NCBI RefSeq assembly: GCF_000020025.1
Contig: NC_010628.1
Location: 2,970,001 to 3,002,000, forward strand
Source: Nostoc punctiforme PCC 73102
Lineage (GTDB): Bacteria > Cyanobacteriota > Cyanobacteriia > Cyanobacteriales > Nostocaceae
Reading direction: 5' to 3'
Length of the DNA: 32,000 nucleotides
Part shown: piece by piece, positions 1 to 6,941 of the stretch
Numbering within the stretch: the stretch's first letter is position 1
Layout of the letters: the number at the start of each line of letters is the position of its first letter
Position numbers and translations under genes: made by a program
The notes under the pieces: generated by a model
What the model was told of the DNA's origin: nothing
Databases searched by the model: none
What the model saw: the letters and a program-made list of their open reading frames with translations, nothing else

Positions 1-189
1 ACTAATAACGCAAAACTGGTGGAATTAATCGATGCAGAAACTGGCGATACTTTTGGTAGAAGTATTTATTGTCTCCCAAGCAACCAGATAAATTTTTTGC
101 CCTGATGCCAAATACCCTAAACTAAGCAATTAACTCGCCGATGTTAGTCCAGTATCCACCTTTGCTCAGATGAAATTTTGCCTCGTTAA
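1..189 (+). pseudogene. 3' relic of a Uma2/DUF820-family endonuclease gene (runs off window start, frame-broken)
   Basis: nt 129-189 align almost base-for-base with the 3' end of the Uma2 pseudogene at 3199-3259 (shared attaactc.ccg ... gatga.att.tgcctcgttaag). The tail reads ...DEILPR* but the upstream part lies in another frame and contains stops. Confidence 0.3.
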
Positions 190-195
190 GCGTTA

Positions 196-575
196 AGTAG
201 GGAAAAGACATCACCTTTACAAGAGTATGAATATAGCAATTTGGGCGGTGAAAAGCCGTAATTACACTGAGGCTACCGCATCAGTACTTTCTATCTTCGC
301 CATTCGTAAATCCATCAGCGCCCTTTTTTATCAGGACTTACGCAAAATCATGAAAAAACGAACCACAGAGGGCGCAGAGGACACGGAGAAATAAGAGTTT
401 CAGAGAGTTATTGCGTAAGTCCTATTTATAACTGATGCAGATCAAAAATGCTAAGGGTGCGAAAGCTTTAATTCCAAAATGTTCGCATACGAGATTAATT
501 TTTCCCAATACCGGAAGCTACACTTGATCTTCATTCGCCAGATAACTTATATATTTTGTAAATTGGACAGGATGC
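196..575 (-). pseudogene. Decayed receiver-domain (NarL-type response regulator) paralog, interrupted by a MITE
   Basis: nt 277-322 match nt 10337-10382 of the intact regulator gene with about 6 mismatches in 45 nt. The minus-strand translation ALMDLRMAKIESTDAVASV* parallels VALMDLRMPKMEGADAIAAI. Stops and frameshifts occur on both sides, and the 93-bp element at 332-424 splits it. Confidence 0.45.
332..424. mobile_element. 93-bp MITE with termini related to the IS at 18451-19699
   Basis: Terminal inverted repeats cAGGACTTACGCAA (332-345) and TTGCGTAAGTCCTa (411-424) are flanked by the direct repeat TTTAT (327-331 and 425-429). The outer 13 nt equal the IS terminus tAGGACTTACGCAt. Confidence 0.65.
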
Positions 576-679
576 TTAACCTACAATATATAGTGCTATA
601 TATTTGTAGTTAAAAATTTTAATAAACCACGAAGGCTTAAAAATCACAAAGCCGGACTTTTGCAAAACAACCGCATTTG

Positions 680-2626
680 ATGAGTAAATCAATTGTTTCA
701 ACAAAACGGCTCAGTAGCCAGTTAATGAACTGGTTGCTTGAAGAAGACCGACGAGAGAAGAAAGGGCCTTACCGCAAGGAAGAAGCACATCGCCAGCATT
801 CTTGGTGGCAGGTAATGTGTTTGACTGGTGTCGATTATTTCTCCACCCTTGGCTATCAACCTGGGATTGCAGCACTCGCAGCTGGCGCTCTTTCTCCTAT
901 CGCTACCCTGATTCTAGTTTTGCTGACGCTCTTTGGAGCATTGCCAATCTATCGGCGAATTGCTGCCGAAAGCCCTCATGGTGAAGGGTCGATCGCAATG
1001 TTAGAGCGTTTGCTCCCTTGGTGGCAAGGCAAATTACTTGTGCTATGCTTACTCGGCTTTGTGGCAACCGACTTTATTATTACCATTACGCTGTCGGCTG
1101 CTGATGCTACAGCCCATATCATCGAAAATCCCCTTACTCCACATTGGTTTCACGAGCAGACGATCGCAATAACCCTAATATTAGTTGCATTACTAGGCGC
1201 AGTTTTCTTGAGAGGTTTCCGAGAAGCGATTGGGATTGCAGTAGTCTTGGTAGCAACTTATCTGCTGTTAAACTTCATTGTCGTTAGCGTCGGTGTATTT
1301 CAAATTTTAACTCACCCAGGAGCGATCGCTAACTGGCAGACTGCACTTTTTGCCCGCCATTCCAATCCTTTTATCTTAATCGGTATATCTCTTTTGATAT
1401 TTCCCAAGCTAGCACTGGGATTATCAGGCTTTGAGACTGGCGTAACCGTGATGCCCCTTGTTAAAGGTAACAGCAGTGACACTCGCCAATATTCCAAAGG
1501 GCGGATTAGGAATACACGCAAGCTGCTCACCAGTGCTGCTCTGATTATGAGCTTCTTTTTGCTCACCACTAGTTTTATAACCACTCTACTGATTCCAGTG
1601 GCAGAATTTGCATCTGGGGGCAAAGCTAACGGACGCGCCCTTGCTTATTTAGCACATTTGCATCTAGGCAACGCCTTTGGCACAATTTACGATCTAAGTA
1701 CTATTTCCATTTTGTGGTTTGCAGGTGCATCTGCAATGGCGGGGCTGCTGAATATTGTGCCTCGCTACCTACCACGCTATGGTATGGCTCCTAATTGGGC
1801 ACGAGTAACGCGACCTTTGGTGTTAGTCTACACTGCGATCGCATTTGTTGTCACAATTATCTTTAGGGCAAATGTGGAAGCCCAAGGTGGGGCTTATGCA
1901 ACTGGTGTGCTTGTATTAATCACTTCAGCAGCCTTTGCTGTTACCTTATCAGCCCACCGTCACAGAGAGAAGCGGGCAAGACTGATTTTTGCTACTATTA
2001 CACTGTTATTTTTATATACCACTATTGTTAACATCATCGAAAGACCAGAGGGGATTAGGATTGCTGGGTTTTTCATCGGTGCAATCATTTTTACTTCCCT
2101 GGTTTCTCGTGTTTGGCGTTCAACGGAACTGCGAGCAGAGCGGATCGAAGTTGACGAACTTGCTGCCCAATTCCTTGCTGAAGAGAGCCAAGGAGCAATA
2201 CGACTGATTGCAAATCGGTTGAATAAGGGTGATGTCCTAGAGTATTTTATGAAAGAGAAAGAGGTACGCGAAGATAACCATATTCCGCCCAACGATCCAA
2301 TCCTTTTTCTAGAGATTCAGGTATCAGATGCTTCAGAATTTGCGGATATCATCAAAGTAAGAGGGGTGCAGGTTGGTGATTATCGCATCTTGCGGGCTGA
2401 GAGTGCAGCAGTCCCCAATGCGATCGCAGCTTTACTGCTGTATATTCGTGACCAAACAGGTAAGATTCCCCATGCTTACTTCGGCTGGGTTGAGGGAAAT
2501 CCCATACAATACTTACTGCGTTTTATCTTGTTTGGAGAGGGCGATATTGCTGTAGTCACCCGTGAAGTACTGCGTCGGGCTGAAAAGAATCCCCAGAGGC
2601 GACCTGGCGTTCATGTCGGGGGTTGA
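680..2626 (+). CDS. Polytopic permease, APC-superfamily-like, with a soluble C-terminal domain
   Basis: Long ORF with about 12 hydrophobic segments in the first ~470 aa, then a ~170-aa hydrophilic C-terminus. ATG at 680 is preferred to the in-frame TTG at 677. The family assignment is from recollection of similar cyanobacterial amino-acid permeases. Confidence 0.6.
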   Translation: MSKSIVSTKRLSSQLMNWLLEEDRREKKGPYRKEEAHRQHSWWQVMCLTGVDYFSTLGYQPGIAALAAGALSPIATLILVLLTLFGALPIYRRIAAESPHGEGSIAMLERLLPWWQGKLLVLCLLGFVATDFIITITLSAADATAHIIENPLTPHWFHEQTIAITLILVALLGAVFLRGFREAIGIAVVLVATYLLLNFIVVSVGVFQILTHPGAIANWQTALFARHSNPFILIGISLLIFPKLALGLSGFETGVTVMPLVKGNSSDTRQYSKGRIRNTRKLLTSAALIMSFFLLTTSFITTLLIPVAEFASGGKANGRALAYLAHLHLGNAFGTIYDLSTISILWFAGASAMAGLLNIVPRYLPRYGMAPNWARVTRPLVLVYTAIAFVVTIIFRANVEAQGGAYATGVLVLITSAAFAVTLSAHRHREKRARLIFATITLLFLYTTIVNIIERPEGIRIAGFFIGAIIFTSLVSRVWRSTELRAERIEVDELAAQFLAEESQGAIRLIANRLNKGDVLEYFMKEKEVREDNHIPPNDPILFLEIQVSDASEFADIIKVRGVQVGDYRILRAESAAVPNAIAALLLYIRDQTGKIPHAYFGWVEGNPIQYLLRFILFGEGDIAVVTREVLRRAEKNPQRRPGVHVGG

Positions 2627-2655
2627 GTCAGCATCTTGAATGATTGAAGAGGGAA

Positions 2656-3258
2656 ATGACATATATTTCCGCAAAAACCTTTGCATTTGGAAATTTTGTC
2701 TCTCAATACCGAGATAATCCCCGCTATGAATTGGCTGATGGAGAACTTATTGATATGGAACCCACTGGGCCACACGAAACGGTGAGTGGCAAAGTAGCAA
2801 CCCAAATTGGTATTTACTTTGTTGCAGAACAACTCCCCTGGTTTATTCCTCGCACTTGTTTATATTTACCCCTTTGCAGATGCAGCTACAGTTCGTCGTC
2901 CTGATATCGTCGTTCTTGATGAAACCGTTCTCAACCGTGAACCTCTTTGGGAGCGAGAGCCTGTAATTACAATGGGACGATCCATCAAACTGGTGGTTGA
3001 AGTTGTTAGCAGCAAGTGGGAAACTGACTATGCTCGCAAGGTTGAGGAATATGCCCTCTTAGGCATTCCTGAATATTGGATCGTAGATTATCGAAGATTG
3101 GGCGGTGTGGCATTCATTGGTAAACCTAAACAACCTACTTTCACTGTCTGTCAGTTGGTTGAAGACACATATACTCAACAAAAATATCGGCTAAATCAAT
3201 TAACTCACCGCTTTTGCCTAGTCTGCAACTTCGCTTAGATGACATTCTGCCTCGTTAA
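2656..3258 (+). pseudogene. Uma2 (DUF820) family endonuclease, two frameshifts
   Basis: The N-terminus MTYISAKTF...YELADGELIDMEPTGPHE...LPWFIPRTCL is in frame 1. The core PFADAATVRRPDIVVLDE...VVEVVSSKWETDYARKVEEYALLGIPEYWIVDY is in frame 2. The tail INSPLLPSLQLRLDDILPR* is back in frame 1. Shifts lie near 2865-2880 and 3180-3196. Confidence 0.75.
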
Positions 3259-3260
3259 GT

Positions 3261-3286
3261 GTAGGTGTAGCCCTCGTAGACATCGC
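3261..3286. repeat. Small dispersed repeat motif GTAGGTGTAGCCCTCGTAGACATCGC
   Basis: A near-identical 27-nt copy (GTAGGCGTAGCCCGTCGTAGACATCGC) lies at 31481-31507 inside a CDS. Confidence 0.5.
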
Positions 3287-3388
3287 CTGCTTTAACCGTG
3301 TCATGAGAAGTGCGATCGCCTCAACTAAGACATAAACATCAGGAGCGTTACAAGTTTAACCCAAATGCAGCAATAACCCTTAAATACA

Positions 3389-3937
3389 CTAAGGTAAAAC
3401 ATTTATGGGAGTTCCAATATTAACCAATTCGTACAATGCGATTACATCTTTATTGAGCATCCGAATACAACCATGAGACACAGCTTTACCAATGAGTTTG
3501 TCCTGATTTGTGCCATGAAAAGCTAGATGAGATTTTTTATATATTTTGAATACAATCACACGCTTTCCTAATGGGTTGTTAGCACCTGGCATGATAATAT
3601 TACCTGTCTTGAAGTTTTTAAAGATTGGGTTTTTTTTCATATAAATAACTTGGTAATTGCCAAGTGGGGTTTCCCAACCAGATTTACCAATAGCAATAGG
3701 AAAACTTTTTAAGACTTGTTTATCCTGATATACATAAACTTGGCGTGCGCCACGCTTGACTCTAATACTAATTTTGTGAGTAGTATTATTCTTAGATGGA
3801 GGTATTTTAGGTGGAGATTGTGATTGTTGCGTAATTGCTTTATTAGATGATAATTTCTTGAAATATCCTGATAAAAAACCTTCTGTGAAACATACTATAA
3901 TAGTTATCAAAAATAATATTTTTGTTTTTAAAAACAT
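3389..3937 (-). CDS. L,D-transpeptidase (YkuD domain), membrane anchored
   Basis: Hydrophobic N-terminus (ILFLITIIVCF) and a YkuD catalytic motif LAFHGTNQDKLIGKAVSHGCIRM. The gene is AT-rich. Confidence 0.85.
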   Translation of the reverse strand: MFLKTKILFLITIIVCFTEGFLSGYFKKLSSNKAITQQSQSPPKIPPSKNNTTHKISIRVKRGARQVYVYQDKQVLKSFPIAIGKSGWETPLGNYQVIYMKKNPIFKNFKTGNIIMPGANNPLGKRVIVFKIYKKSHLAFHGTNQDKLIGKAVSHGCIRMLNKDVIALYELVNIGTPINVLP

Positions 3938-4071
3938 ACTGAATGATACAGTTTTTGAACTTCACTTTAAAAAGTGAGGGCTATCAAAAAATCTATGATT
4001 AGATTTTAAATTTATCATTTTTTACTGCCTAAATGATAACTTTACATAAAAGTTTTGACAGACCCTGAATC

Positions 4072-4998
4072 TTACCATAGTGCAGGTACTGATTGTCTTT
4101 TTAACTCATCATGTACTTGTAGAGCTATTTGTTTAGCCCATCCTGGTTTGTTGGTAGTTTTGTTCATTGCTATTTCGTTCATCATGGCTCTGGTTACATT
4201 TGTTTCAAGTCCTTTTATATTTACAGCTTGTTTAATCTGAACTATAGCAAAATCTACATATTGCTTCTCATGGCCTGCAAGGTATTTTGGTTCAGGAATA
4301 TTTCTTATAAATGCTTTTTCTAGTTCTCCAGAGTCAGAGAATTTATCAATATTCTTTTGTAACTGATTGCTAGATTCCTTTTGTATTTGATCCCAGTTTA
4401 TAGATGTTCCAGATTTTTTTATTGCTTCTACCGTATCAAATAATGTTTCTAAGTATGTTAATTTTGTTCTTATATCTATATATAAATTTAACATATTACG
4501 GTCAATTTCTTGCTTTTGCTGGGACTGTGCAGATGTAGCATAGCTGACTGGAATAATAGCAAAATTATTAGGAGCTTTTTGGTTAAATACACTGGGAGTT
4601 ATGTTATTGGGGCTTACGTTATTAGCTACTGAAACAAGTTGTTCACGCCAACCCTCAGCTTGTTTCATGTATCTATATGTGGGGAAATCTGCTAATTGAT
4701 TAGCTGTTATCCGAGAAGCTGCTTTCACATCGAATAAAGCATTCCAAACATATCGAAGCCCCATAGCTCCCTTTTCTACAAACTCTGCCTGAGCAGAAGC
4801 AATATCAGAGGAGTTTTTAATTTTATATCCTAATACTAATTCTTCAGGTTTTTTGTTTAAATCTACCTCTCCATTAATCCTATAAACTACATCAGCTTTA
4901 TTTTGACTCAATTCTATAGGAAGTGATGCATAAACCACAGTTACTGTACTAATACAAAACAAGGTTGCGCCTAAAAAATATCTGCTATACTTCAACAT
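4072..4998 (-). CDS. Secreted protein of unknown function
   Basis: 308-codon ORF with a signal-peptide-like start MLKYSRYFLGATLFCISTVTVVYA. The rest is Asn/Lys/Gln-rich with no domain I recognise. It lies 75 bp downstream of the 496-aa gene on the same strand. Confidence 0.65.
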   Translation of the reverse strand: MLKYSRYFLGATLFCISTVTVVYASLPIELSQNKADVVYRINGEVDLNKKPEELVLGYKIKNSSDIASAQAEFVEKGAMGLRYVWNALFDVKAASRITANQLADFPTYRYMKQAEGWREQLVSVANNVSPNNITPSVFNQKAPNNFAIIPVSYATSAQSQQKQEIDRNMLNLYIDIRTKLTYLETLFDTVEAIKKSGTSINWDQIQKESSNQLQKNIDKFSDSGELEKAFIRNIPEPKYLAGHEKQYVDFAIVQIKQAVNIKGLETNVTRAMMNEIAMNKTTNKPGWAKQIALQVHDELKRQSVPALW

Positions 4999-5073
4999 AA
5001 CTTCTCCGCATTGATTTCAAAAAAACTACTCACTACTATTGATAGTAATTTCATGGTTAGGAAAAACTAATCA

Positions 5074-6564
5074 TTAATTCTCAACAGTCTTCGCATTACG
5101 CAAATAAATAACAAAACCCATAACAATTGCAAAAATCACACCTATTAGTAGATGAAACACCACATCAAATAAAAAACTTAAAGCAAAATTACTAGCCATA
5201 TTATCTTTGGAAATAGATAAATATTTCTCGCTAGGGCTAGGCATGACTGAAGTAGAAATACTGCTAACAGCTAAACCAGTACCTACCAGAGTGATCACTC
5301 GTTCTAGTTGTTGTTCCCGTTTTTGAGCTTTAGCTTCATTAGCTTGATCTAGTTCTGCCTTTTCAGCTTCCAGTTCAGCTCGGTCAATTGCTACCATACC
5401 CTGAACTGTATCAATTAACTGCTGAAATAACTTAGCACCAGGTTCTAGATGCTGACGATAAACTTGGATTTGAGCTTTATACTTATTGTGGGTTAGTTCT
5501 ATAAACTCTTTTAAGAAAGATAAATTATCATCTCCTAATTCACTCAGCTTCTTGAATCTAGATTCGTAATTCTTTATATTGGTTACGATTGTAGTTTCAT
5601 GATCTGCTAAATCCCGTAGGTGTTTGGAGTATTCAATTGCTTTTGTAGGCAATTTAGCCAGTAATTGCTTAAATTTTTTGAGTCGATCAGGACGAGATTT
5701 TGAAACAATAATCTGAAAGTCTTTGATATCTTCTTCTAGCTCGCTGTAGAGTTTTTCAGCTTCATAAAAACACCATTGACACTCATCATAGGCATATAAA
5801 ATTTTGTGGTAGGCGCAAAGTAACTCCAGTAACTGCTCAGACACCTCAGTTAGTTGTTCGTGAGTTGGAGTAGTGTCTGGATTTATGAACCAAACCAAGA
5901 TATGACATCGTTTGGATGGTTCTATTTCCAGCGTCTCATATACAAAAATTTGGTTGCCTAGTAGTTTACCTTCACCAGTTAGAAAAAGTTGAATTTGATT
6001 GTCAAGAAGTTGAGCAACACAATCATCTGCTAACCTCTGTAGCTGCTCATTATCAGTTGGCAGTAGGGGTTGGCCATACAGAAGTAAAGTTTGTCCTATA
6101 GATGCTTTAATGTGTTGAGGCAGCAAAAGTTTTTTTGGATTAAGTTGCTCTAGTTCCTCTAGAAAAATAGCGCCATTACACGAAAAAGTGAGGTCTACAG
6201 CATAGGTGTCATGAAGCCGAAATGGACAGAATGAACTGAGTTTTATATCTGCACTTCCTATTGGTGCAATGGGATTGCATTCTAACTCATCTTGATTCGA
6301 GCGAAGTAGGCTTTGCCGTTTAAGCGTTAATTGGTTCTCTAAGTTCGGCTGATATTGACCGTTTTGATAGCAGATTAGCTCTTGTTTAAGGTCTTGTAGC
6401 GCAGGAAACTGGAGAGTATTTCCTAGTTCTACCAACTGCTCCCAAAGTTGATCAGCTTTTGCTGAAGTTTGCTCTGGCCCCTGACTAATGTCAGTACGCA
6501 GATGGAAAGCATAGAGGGTAAGACTTGGGCTATATAGCCCCTGAGCTAAGGTTGTCTCGCTCAT
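5074..6564 (-). CDS. Unknown protein: ~230-aa globular N-domain, ~190-aa helical/coiled-coil region, two C-terminal TM helices
   Basis: 496-codon ORF. Heptad-like charged helices span aa ~235-420 (e.g. AELEAEKAELDQANEAKAQKREQQLER). Hydrophobic segments are VITLVGTGLAVSSISTSV (aa 423-440) and FALSFLFDVVFHLLIGVIFAIVMGFVIYL (aa 460-488). The gene starts 17 nt after the upstream gene. Confidence 0.8.
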   Translation of the reverse strand: MSETTLAQGLYSPSLTLYAFHLRTDISQGPEQTSAKADQLWEQLVELGNTLQFPALQDLKQELICYQNGQYQPNLENQLTLKRQSLLRSNQDELECNPIAPIGSADIKLSSFCPFRLHDTYAVDLTFSCNGAIFLEELEQLNPKKLLLPQHIKASIGQTLLLYGQPLLPTDNEQLQRLADDCVAQLLDNQIQLFLTGEGKLLGNQIFVYETLEIEPSKRCHILVWFINPDTTPTHEQLTEVSEQLLELLCAYHKILYAYDECQWCFYEAEKLYSELEEDIKDFQIIVSKSRPDRLKKFKQLLAKLPTKAIEYSKHLRDLADHETTIVTNIKNYESRFKKLSELGDDNLSFLKEFIELTHNKYKAQIQVYRQHLEPGAKLFQQLIDTVQGMVAIDRAELEAEKAELDQANEAKAQKREQQLERVITLVGTGLAVSSISTSVMPSPSEKYLSISKDNMASNFALSFLFDVVFHLLIGVIFAIVMGFVIYLRNAKTVEN

Positions 6565-6581
6565 TTCTTAAGTAGGAATAA

Positions 6582-6929
6582 TTATAATTGGGAAGAGGTT
6601 TTGCTTTGAGAAGATGATTTGCTTTGGCGGACGATGTTATCTAGCAAACCTTTAGCTTCTTTCGGTGTAATCCGAGTTGGAATCCCTCCTGCTCCACGTT
6701 CACTAGAGCTACTAATAGGCAGTTTCATCAGTGTATTGTGAATTTGAGGATGTTCTTCTACCCAAATAACTATTGCATCTGATATTTCTTCAATATCTTT
6801 TAGATCATCAGGTAAAGTTGATAGTAAATTCTCTAGAGATGCACGAACTTCTTCTGTAAAAAGTTCAGGATTATTTTGTGCAATGTAATTTAAGTCTTTG
6901 ATAATTTGTTCGTGAATGGATGAAGTCAT
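6582..6929 (-). CDS. Small acidic helical protein with a Ser-rich tail, unknown function
   Basis: 115-codon ORF. The CHAT gene stop TAA is followed directly by AGGAGTAAGCAA and then ATG (6927-6929), giving a canonical Shine-Dalgarno sequence 7 nt upstream. The C-terminal tail is SKSSSQSKTSSQL. Confidence 0.7.
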   Translation of the reverse strand: MTSSIHEQIIKDLNYIAQNNPELFTEEVRASLENLLSTLPDDLKDIEEISDAIVIWVEEHPQIHNTLMKLPISSSSERGAGGIPTRITPKEAKGLLDNIVRQSKSSSQSKTSSQL

Positions 6930-6941
6930 TTGCTTACTCCT

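Noticed and set aside
1312-2292. Antisense and alternative-frame ORFs within the permease (1312-1623, 1960-2292, 1989-2207)
   Set aside because: They are embedded in a continuous 649-codon membrane-protein ORF and have no independent support.
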